DNA of 20,000 nt from an uncultured virus (IMG/VR IMGVR_UViG_3300002092_000039) (Duplodnaviria; Heunggongvirae; Uroviricota; Caudoviricetes): IMG/VR virus record IMGVR_UViG_3300002092_000039. One strand, 5' to 3'. A program made the position numbers and the translations under genes. This document shows, one piece after another, positions 1 through 6,259 of this stretch. The notes beneath the pieces were generated by a model. The model searched no databases and was not told the origin of the DNA. It was given only the letters and a program-made list of their open reading frames with translations. The stretch's first letter is position 1. Each line of letters begins with the position of its first letter.

Positions 1-444
1 GTTGAAGTAATTAAAGAAGTGCGAGTTGAAGATCATGCTCGTATGGGTGAACTTGCCAGAGAAATAGATAACCTATTAGGTGAGCTTAAGAATAAAGATC
101 ATGCCATTGGTAAATTACGAGCTCAAATTGAAATACTTGAACATCCAGATGACTTTGTCGTTAATGACAGCTTCTATGGTAAAACATTGCCCGCACAAGG
201 CACAACTGGACAACTATTTGTTCAATATAGTGCAAATGGATTAAGTGTTTACAAATGGAATGGGGACAACTGGCTTGCCGTAGACAAAGAGCAGAACAGT
301 TCTTATCTATTGGATGATCCAGTGACAGATGGAATAATAACTACGTTGGCAACCAGTGAACTTGATTGGGAAGTACTTACTCCCAGAGAACAAGAAGCAC
401 TGGAACCATTGCTAAAAGATGATTTCAAGATTGGCCGTAGATGA
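1..444 (+). CDS. Hypothetical phage protein, 5'-truncated by the window edge
   Basis: The frame is open from base 1 (VEVIKEVRVE...), so the start probably lies upstream of the window. Coiled-coil-like stretch, then a GQLFV...YKWNGDNW segment. The TGA stop overlaps the next ATG (ATGA). Confidence 0.75.
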   Translation, partial: VEVIKEVRVEDHARMGELAREIDNLLGELKNKDHAIGKLRAQIEILEHPDDFVVNDSFYGKTLPAQGTTGQLFVQYSANGLSVYKWNGDNWLAVDKEQNSSYLLDDPVTDGIITTLATSELDWEVLTPREQEALEPLLKDDFKIGRR

Positions 445-824
445 CAAGTGATGAAAAGAAAATAATTACTCCACCGGATTATGATTATTCGCGTGGTTTT
501 AAAATTCTACTTGTTGATTTTGAGTGGCCAGAAATAACAAACGTAGTCGAAGCAATGAAAACATTTCCTGGACCAATGACATTATTTCTTTATGGAAGCA
601 ATGACTCTGATCCAAAATGGTGTATTGCTCAAGCCAAACAATGTAATAGTGTTTTGCTTAATATGAATCATATTGGTAATTGTGAAACACTTAAAGGCTA
701 TCTAATGGGAGAACCAAATGTATTTTCCTTTGGATCACATCATTTAAAAGATGTTTTTCAAAGGAATGTTCTTGATTCACTTAGCTGGCTTGCTAATTCT
801 TATCAGAATTTTCATAAGCAGTAG
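441..824 (+). CDS. Hypothetical protein (small alpha/beta domain)
   Basis: 127-aa ORF coupled to the upstream gene by an ATGA overlap. No family recognised. Confidence 0.75.
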   Translation: MTSDEKKIITPPDYDYSRGFKILLVDFEWPEITNVVEAMKTFPGPMTLFLYGSNDSDPKWCIAQAKQCNSVLLNMNHIGNCETLKGYLMGEPNVFSFGSHHLKDVFQRNVLDSLSWLANSYQNFHKQ

Positions 825-868
825 AGTAGTTGGATGTTTCTAGCATCGCGAACTACAATTATATTTAT
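822..868 (-). repeat. Orphan copy of the endonuclease-leader hairpin motif (TAAATA...GTAGTTCGCG-stem-CCAACTACTCTA)
   Basis: On the + strand, TAGAGTAGTTGG (822-833), CGCGAACTAC (847-856) and TATTTAT (862-868) recur in the same order at 4213-4256. Confidence 0.8.
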
Positions 869-872
869 CATA

Positions 873-901
873 TTGACAATTAAAAATAAATTAGTTACAA
901 T
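873..901 (+). promoter_or_regulatory. Sigma70-type promoter
   Basis: TTGACA (873-878), 17 nt, TACAAT (896-901). A GAGGTG Shine-Dalgarno precedes ATG 935. Confidence 0.8.
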
Positions 902-934
902 ATGAACAGTGGCATAGAATCAATGAGGTGAAGA

Positions 935-1675
935 ATGTCAACGTGGAAGCTTAGTACACAATTTAAGAAATCATGCACACAAATTGAATATTTTAAAAAA
1001 GGTGAATTAGTTGCTCAGAAAGAAATCGGCTGGCGCTGGTGTTGGGCGAGGTATAATGAAAAGCCTGATCTAAGTGATTATGATCCAGAGAAGGACCAGA
1101 TTGAACTTTATTCAATTGGTGACGTTATTGATATGGAACAAGACGACGGTTGTTGGGAAGAATGGACATGGCCTGAGGACTTGGATGAAGAAGAAGTTGA
1201 GCGTCTTGAAGAGATCTATGAAGAAGATGGCGATGATGGTCTCGAGGATGAAGAGTGGGTGCTTGACGATACTGAGTATTGGATAAGTGGTCCACTGGAA
1301 CTAGTACAGGAAATCCAATGGTATCTAAATGGCGATCAGCCCATGGTACTTGTTGAGCGTTGGACTAAGGATGATCTTGTTGTTGAACAGCGCAAGACAA
1401 TGGAAACAACGCATATTGTATTTGACGAAGAACCAGATCTTGCGGGATATGATCCAGAAGATCAATTTGATGTTAAGTCATTGAATATTTCTACCAGATA
1501 TGAAACTGAAAAGATTTCTGAAGAATGGGAATTTCCTGAGGATATGCCCAAGAAGGAACAGAATTGGTTTAAGAAATACGATTGGGATAAGTGGTCTAAG
1601 GCTGGGTGGACCAATGCAAACAAGCAGCTATGGGTCACTGGCGAAATAACTTTAACAAAGGATGAGGAAGAATAA
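935..1675 (+). CDS. Acidic Trp-rich hypothetical protein with an internal domain duplication
   Basis: 246 aa with a good SD. Repeated motifs: PDLSDYDPE/PDLAGYDPE, EEWTWPEDL/EEWEFPEDM, WISGPLEL/WVTGEITL. Confidence 0.8.
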   Translation: MSTWKLSTQFKKSCTQIEYFKKGELVAQKEIGWRWCWARYNEKPDLSDYDPEKDQIELYSIGDVIDMEQDDGCWEEWTWPEDLDEEEVERLEEIYEEDGDDGLEDEEWVLDDTEYWISGPLELVQEIQWYLNGDQPMVLVERWTKDDLVVEQRKTMETTHIVFDEEPDLAGYDPEDQFDVKSLNISTRYETEKISEEWEFPEDMPKKEQNWFKKYDWDKWSKAGWTNANKQLWVTGEITLTKDEEE

Positions 1676-1926
1676 TGAGTTTTGAATATGAAGACCTTCG
1701 TCAGAAGGGTACATTGGTTGAAGTACATAATAACGACGTTACTAAGGCGCTACGCAAGCTTAAGAAGGTTGTGCAGGCAGAGGGTATCTTCCAGACACTG
1801 CGTGAGCGTGAGCGGTTTGAGAAGCCCAGTGTAAAGCGTAAGAAGGAACAGGCTCGTGCCAGCAAGCGTTGGCAGAAGAAGCTTAAGGACTACCGTGAGC
1901 AGGGTAAGACTACCCAAGTTAGATAA
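1675..1926 (+). CDS. rpsU: 30S ribosomal protein bS21 (phage-encoded)
   Basis: VEVHNNDVTKALRKLKK...GIFQTLRERERFEKPSVKRKK fits the bS21 pattern (ALRRFKR...YEKPS..RK). GAGGA SD and a TAATG overlap with the upstream gene. Confidence 0.92.
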   Translation: MSFEYEDLRQKGTLVEVHNNDVTKALRKLKKVVQAEGIFQTLRERERFEKPSVKRKKEQARASKRWQKKLKDYREQGKTTQVR

Positions 1927-1951
1927 AAATTAAGTTTTTTTGTATAAAACA

Positions 1952-1982
1952 CTTGATTTTTTAATCTGAAATGCTATATAGT
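1952..1982 (+). promoter_or_regulatory. Putative hsp20 promoter (sigma70- or alphaproteobacterial RpoH-like)
   Basis: CTTGAT (1952-1957) then CTATATAGT (1974-1982), immediately ahead of the structured leader. Confidence 0.5.
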
Positions 1983-1984
1983 AT

Positions 1985-2046
1985 TGTAGCAGTGCTAAAT
2001 GAATAGGCTGCTACATATATCTTGCTTTAAAAGGAGATACACTATG
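1985..2046 (+). promoter_or_regulatory. ROSE-like RNA thermometer in the hsp20 5' UTR
   Basis: Hairpin 1: TGTAGCAG (1985-1992) pairs with CTGCTACA (2008-2015). Hairpin 2: TATCTTGCT (2018-2026) pairs with AGGAGATA (2032-2039) with a bulged G, the U(U/C)GCU anti-SD hallmark of ROSE elements. Confidence 0.75.
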
Positions 2047-2478
2047 AACGCAAGAACTTTTGACCTAACCCCTTTTCACCGTGGAACTATAGGGTTTGAA
2101 AATCTAATTAATGTATTAACCCATCATCATGCAACTGCATCGAATACTGGGTATCCTCCATACAATATCATACGTGTTGACGAAGACGCTTATCAAATCG
2201 AATTAGCAGTTGCTGGATTCAGTATGATGGAGCTTTCAATTACACAGGAACGCAATGATTTGATCATTGAAGGTACTCCAAACGAACATGAGGATGATAT
2301 TCCTCTATTTCTACACAAGGGAATTGCCAATCGTAATTTCATTCGCACATTCAAGATTGCCGAACATGTGGAAGTCAAGGACGCAAGTCTTGAGCTTGGC
2401 ATTCTAAAGATTACTTTGGAACGTAATGTTCCTGAGGAACTACAGCCTAAGAAAATTGCTATTAACTATAAAGCCTAA
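2044..2478 (+). CDS. ibpA: Small heat-shock protein (Hsp20/IbpA family)
   Basis: Motifs IGFE, YPPYNI, IELAVAGF, FLHKGIANRNF.RTF and LER.VPEELQPKKIAI. Start moved from 1999 to ATG 2044, which follows AAGGAG. Confidence 0.95.
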   Translation: MNARTFDLTPFHRGTIGFENLINVLTHHHATASNTGYPPYNIIRVDEDAYQIELAVAGFSMMELSITQERNDLIIEGTPNEHEDDIPLFLHKGIANRNFIRTFKIAEHVEVKDASLELGILKITLERNVPEELQPKKIAINYKA

Positions 2479-2488
2479 TATAACCACT

Positions 2489-2523
2489 ATCATGGCGGGT
2501 ATACTGCCCGCCATGATTAAATA
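2489..2523 (+). other. 11-bp perfect inverted repeat followed by TAAATA
   Basis: ATCATGGCGGG (2489-2499) and CCCGCCATGAT (2507-2517) with no U-tract. TAAATA at 2518-2523. Confidence 0.65.
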
Positions 2524-2529
2524 ATAGTG

Positions 2530-2850
2530 ATGGGAAAAATGACAACAGAAACCGAAACAACTACACGCATTGCAATTAAACATGATCTGGTTGCGCCGCC
2601 TCAATACAAAGTTATATTTGTCAATGACAGTGTAACTACTGTGGATTTTGTTATGGAAATCTTAGTTACCATATTTGCATATGATGCAGATGGAGCAAAG
2701 GATCTTACATTGAAGATTCACGAAGAGGGGCAAGCAGTTGTTGCTATTATGCCATATGAATTGGCTGAACAAAAAGCGTTGGAAACAACTGCTATTGCTC
2801 GTAGTAACGGTTTTCCACTCAATGTAAAAATTGAGCCAGTGGTCGTTTAA
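2530..2850 (+). CDS. clpS: Clp protease adaptor ClpS
   Basis: PPQYKVIFVNDSVTTVDFVMEIL...IHEEGQAVV...YELAEQK...GFPLNVKIE. The start could be 2527 (GTG), 2530 or 2539. Confidence 0.93.
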   Translation: MGKMTTETETTTRIAIKHDLVAPPQYKVIFVNDSVTTVDFVMEILVTIFAYDADGAKDLTLKIHEEGQAVVAIMPYELAEQKALETTAIARSNGFPLNVKIEPVVV

Positions 2851-3629
2851 GTTAAAATCATTTTGGGATAATAGAATAAGTTCTGGGGGCTGTCATCTTT
2901 ACGACCTCTTGGGTGACAAACGTATCTTACCCCATCAATTATTTCATCATACTCTTGATGTACATGCCCAAAGCACCAATTTTTAATTTTGCTATTGATA
3001 TCAAAGTCTAAAATTTTAGGTAAAAAGCTACTACCACATCTTGAAAAATGTGCGGGATGTTGTGGTTGTTTAACATCATTAAATTTATTGAATGGTGCAG
3101 TATGTGTTAGTACAATAATTTCTGCCACACCTGGATCAGTAGTTAGTTTAGCAACTATCTCACACATATAATGAGCATCTTCTCTGGCAGTATGAAAAAT
3201 TTCATACAATAATGGATCACTATAATGTCCATTATTTAAAAAATAAAAGTACGCTTCTTCCCTGGATATTTCAGGTTCCATAAAATCAAAAGTCCACCAG
3301 CCATTTGCTCCAACAAATGCAGTGCCATCAATGACAATTGCGTTGCGATTTAGGAATGTGATATTTTGATATTTGCTTAATTCATTTTTTAATTGTTGAT
3401 TATGTTCCTGAAATCCACATTGGTTATTATGCTCGTGGTTGCCATCAACAAAAATTACATACTTGTAATGTTTACTAATATCCACAACCGTTCGATAAGT
3501 GTCCTCAACATCAAAGTTAATGTCACCTAATACTACTGCTATCAAACTGGTACCAATACCTTCCCATTTTATTTTTGCATCATCGGGCCAGAAATTGTTA
3601 TGCAGATCCGAGACAAGATCAAACTTCAC
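2847..3629 (-). CDS. Calcineurin-like metallophosphoesterase
   Basis: Motifs SDLH, LGDI, DGNHEH, THTAP and FGHVH. GTG start with an AGGAG SD inside the 3' end of the endonuclease gene. Confidence 0.92.
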   Translation of the reverse strand: MKFDLVSDLHNNFWPDDAKIKWEGIGTSLIAVVLGDINFDVEDTYRTVVDISKHYKYVIFVDGNHEHNNQCGFQEHNQQLKNELSKYQNITFLNRNAIVIDGTAFVGANGWWTFDFMEPEISREEAYFYFLNNGHYSDPLLYEIFHTAREDAHYMCEIVAKLTTDPGVAEIIVLTHTAPFNKFNDVKQPQHPAHFSRCGSSFLPKILDFDINSKIKNWCFGHVHQEYDEIIDGVRYVCHPRGRKDDSPQNLFYYPKMILT

Positions 3630-4191
3630 GTTGTAATCTCCTATTCAGTTGAGCAAGTATTCTTGCTTCTGACCAAGGTTTACCTTTCATCGAAGATCTG
3701 GCAGATCCTTTATCGACCCTTGTTTTATAAGTTTTTCCTAAATTAACAGGAATACCTTTTTTTGCTTTTGAGATATTGCTATTAACATCTACATCTCTAA
3801 CTCTTGCTGCCTGACTTAAACTCATTTTTAATTTAGTTTTCTCTGAATGAGTTTTACCTTTCCAAGGACCTTCTCTTCCAATACTGGATTTGCTTATTTT
3901 AACTTTGGCTTCATTGGTGTGCCTATATCCAGATATTCCCTCGCCTCCGTTAGTTATGTTACGCAAAATTCCTGATCCTAAATCTTTTCGTCCAAATAAT
4001 TTTATGTATGCTATTTCTAATCTGAAAGCATCGTACTCTAATAGATTTTGTTGTAAAAAAATTATTCTGAGAGGATCTTTAGGAACTTTTACATTGTGCT
4101 TTTCAAATGCTCTGTTCTTACTACCTTTACCAATATAATATGGGGTGAGATCTTTTTCACGCAGGTAGGCGTAGATGTAGTAAATATTCAT
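3619..4191 (-). CDS. Free-standing GIY-YIG-superfamily homing endonuclease with NUMOD3 motifs
   Basis: YIYAY...PYYIGKG..NR, helix Glu in FRLEIAYIK, LRNITNGGEG, then NUMOD3-like GYRHTNEAKVKIS and GKTHSEKTKLKMS. AAGGAG SD. Confidence 0.88.
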   Translation of the reverse strand: MNIYYIYAYLREKDLTPYYIGKGSKNRAFEKHNVKVPKDPLRIIFLQQNLLEYDAFRLEIAYIKLFGRKDLGSGILRNITNGGEGISGYRHTNEAKVKISKSSIGREGPWKGKTHSEKTKLKMSLSQAARVRDVDVNSNISKAKKGIPVNLGKTYKTRVDKGSARSSMKGKPWSEARILAQLNRRLQREV

Positions 4192-4256
4192 GCTGTTGCT
4201 CCTTTAAAGCGATAGAGTAGTTGGGACTGCAATCCGCGAACTACGCTTTTATTTAT
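4192..4256 (-). promoter_or_regulatory. Structured leader of the endonuclease (TAAATA, hairpin, SD)
   Basis: Minus strand reads ATAAATA AAAGC GTAGTT CGC GGATTGCAGTCC C AACTAC TCTATCGCTTTAAAGGAGCAACAGC ATG. Confidence 0.7.
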
Positions 4257-4276
4257 TAAATCAAATTTCATTTCTG

Positions 4277-4305
4277 TTGACACGTTCCAAATAATACTAT
4301 ATAGT
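4277..4305 (+). promoter_or_regulatory. Sigma70-type promoter, probably giving a leaderless mRNA
   Basis: TTGACA (4277-4282), 17 nt, TATAGT (4300-4305). ATG 4312 follows after 6 nt with no SD. Confidence 0.75.
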
Positions 4306-4311
4306 TATATC

Positions 4312-4674
4312 ATGCAGATTATATTTGACGAAAAAATGGTACCAGAATTGCGTTCCAGATATGTTGTTCTGGAACTGGACACAATCATGCAGCCAGGGAT
4401 GGAGAAGCCTCTAACTCTGTATGCCCTCATTGAAACTATGAATTTGGAAATATTAACCAAGTTACCGGAAATTGTTCAGCAGCACGAAGATATGATTCGT
4501 GCATATAAGTCAAATGACTGGGATACTGCTGAAAGAGAAGCAAAAGCATTGCGTGGTTCTTGGCGTGGTGAGATTGATGAATTCTATGACATACTAATTG
4601 AATCTGTCAAGGAAATGCGTACATCAAATACTATCTGGACCGGTGTTAAGTTCGTTACTCCAGCCGAGGAATAA
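4312..4674 (+). CDS. Hypothetical protein resembling the C-terminal extension of class III adenylate cyclases
   Basis: 120 aa with ELDTI..PG...PLTLYAL, AYKSNDWDTAE, FYD and WTGV. No cyclase catalytic core. Confidence 0.65.
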   Translation: MQIIFDEKMVPELRSRYVVLELDTIMQPGMEKPLTLYALIETMNLEILTKLPEIVQQHEDMIRAYKSNDWDTAEREAKALRGSWRGEIDEFYDILIESVKEMRTSNTIWTGVKFVTPAEE

Positions 4675-4676
4675 TA

Positions 4677-5447
4677 ATGAGAACATACGCACACGAATGG
4701 AAGATTTTTGAATACATACGCAAGAAGTATGAGCTCAATAAGCCATATGCTCTTGAATGGGGCGGTTGGAAGAAGTGGAATGCACAGGCCAAAGCTGAAA
4801 AGCCCATAGTTTATTTCATTTGTGAGACCATTCCTGATTGGATTGATGACATCACACATTATATTCCAACGCCTATCTCTGATATTCGTTACTATTGTCG
4901 TAATCGTTTCAATCGTAAGACTCATGTACTGCCCACTGGTTTTAAGCCCGGTGATTATCATGATTTGGATGAGCGTATCCTATATGGTGTAATGAATGGT
5001 CTAGTTGACTATGTGGAAGTTGAGCTTGCCTATAAGAGTCGTTGGTGTAATACTGAGGAAAGCAAAACTGCCAAGTGGCGTAATGGGCGTTGTCCGGAAC
5101 TTGGACTTGCTCACCTTGCTTGGGAAATGACTCTTGATGATGAGGAGCTGAATGTAAATGAGCGTAGTGATACACAAGCGCAAACTGCCCGGGAAGTAAA
5201 GGCAATTTATGATTGGTGGAAGGCTCGTCCCAATCGTCCTGATCCGTATGATGTCAGTGGTTGGACTGCTATTTGCGAAGAGGGTAGAGATGCCGGTCTT
5301 GATTTCTTAGAAAATGGCGACGATGATTATGAGTCACGTAAAAGTGAAGCTCATAAGGTTCTACATCAGATGGAACGAGACTATGAAGCTGAGGATGAGG
5401 AAATGCTTATCCGTGTAATCAAGCGCCGCAAGTCACTGTGGTCTTGA
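4677..5447 (+). CDS. Hypothetical phage protein
   Basis: 256-aa Trp-rich ORF with a GAGGA SD, 2 nt after the previous stop. No family recognised. Confidence 0.8.
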   Translation: MRTYAHEWKIFEYIRKKYELNKPYALEWGGWKKWNAQAKAEKPIVYFICETIPDWIDDITHYIPTPISDIRYYCRNRFNRKTHVLPTGFKPGDYHDLDERILYGVMNGLVDYVEVELAYKSRWCNTEESKTAKWRNGRCPELGLAHLAWEMTLDDEELNVNERSDTQAQTAREVKAIYDWWKARPNRPDPYDVSGWTAICEEGRDAGLDFLENGDDDYESRKSEAHKVLHQMERDYEAEDEEMLIRVIKRRKSLWS

Positions 5448-6186
5448 TAAATTCATTGAAGTAGGCTTCATGTGCAGGTTCCAATGGATGACTGCCAAAG
5501 CCCACTTCATAATTATTTTGTCTGGACCACTCCAATAAACTAGGAGCATGACTCCAGTTTGCGCCCAATGCTATATTTTTAAAAGTTTCAATATAATCAT
5601 CTGAACTATTCATATTGCTTGGTTTTGCTGCATCACATGCTGTAAAAAATAGGTAGGGGATATTATTTGACTCAAGATATAGTTTAGTCATTACCATACT
5701 TTTTAATGTTTCATAATAGAACCAATTATCGTGAGCATATTTTACCAGGTTCCTACTGATTTCTGCAACCCCAATTTTCTCATACCCAACATGTTCTCGT
5801 TTAAAATGTACACGTTGTCCCTCACTCATTGCACCCCAGTGCTGAACTTTCTCATCAAAATCCATACCATGCCAGCCACTTACTGTTAGGAAGTTGTCAT
5901 ACTTTTCTATGTTTTGATTCTTTTGTTTAGGATATGTTTCAGTTCTATATGGATATGTCCACATAACCATAACAAATAAGTCATCTTTAATGGTTTCACA
6001 GTAATGAATACAGCGTCGTGAAATAGTGCTGTTGCTGCATCCAGGCGCCGCAGCGCAAACATATTCATAATTCAAATGCTTTGCTGCTAATGCTGAGTAT
6101 GTGGAATTACTATACTTCCTGCCATTGCTGTCACTTAGATCACTTCCCCAGGTAAAACTGTCACCCACTGCTATTAATTTTGTCAT
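5419..6186 (-). CDS. SGNH/GDSL-like hydrolase-fold protein
   Basis: N-terminal AVGDSFTWG, APGCSN and C-terminal SHPLEPAH. TAAATA (6196-6191) lies 4 nt before the ATG. Confidence 0.75.
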   Translation of the reverse strand: MTKLIAVGDSFTWGSDLSDSNGRKYSNSTYSALAAKHLNYEYVCAAAPGCSNSTISRRCIHYCETIKDDLFVMVMWTYPYRTETYPKQKNQNIEKYDNFLTVSGWHGMDFDEKVQHWGAMSEGQRVHFKREHVGYEKIGVAEISRNLVKYAHDNWFYYETLKSMVMTKLYLESNNIPYLFFTACDAAKPSNMNSSDDYIETFKNIALGANWSHAPSLLEWSRQNNYEVGFGSHPLEPAHEAYFNEFIKTTVTCGA

Positions 6187-6209
6187 ACTTTATTTAAAAA
6201 ATATAGTAC

Positions 6210-6237
6210 TAGACATCATTGAAATAGACTGTATAAT
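6210..6237 (+). promoter_or_regulatory. Sigma70-type promoter
   Basis: TAGACA (6210-6215), 16 nt, TATAAT (6232-6237). GAGG SD before ATG 6260. Confidence 0.55.
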
Positions 6238-6259
6238 ATACATACATTAAGAGGCATCA

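Larger units (their letters stand above)
3615..4271 (-). mobile_element. Homing-endonuclease cassette bounded by a diverged 15-nt direct repeat encoding MKFDL
   Basis: ATGAAATTTGATTTA (4271-4257) versus GTGAAGTTTGATCTT (3629-3615) on the minus strand: 11/15 identical, same peptide. Confidence 0.6.

Noticed and set aside
777..815. Minus-strand mini-ORF MKILIRISKPAK behind the orphan hairpin as an endonuclease remnant
   Set aside because: Only 12 codons, no SD, no similarity to the GIY-YIG N-terminus, and antisense to an intact gene.
1999..2043. 15-aa N-terminal extension of Hsp20 given by the ORF track
   Set aside because: The region is the structured 5' UTR; the SD at 2031-2036 supports ATG 2044.
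3619..4256. Group I intron or intein around the endonuclease
   Set aside because: Only about 65 nt of non-coding sequence flanks the ORF, too little for a ribozyme core. There are no intein motifs, and the host gene has its own start downstream.
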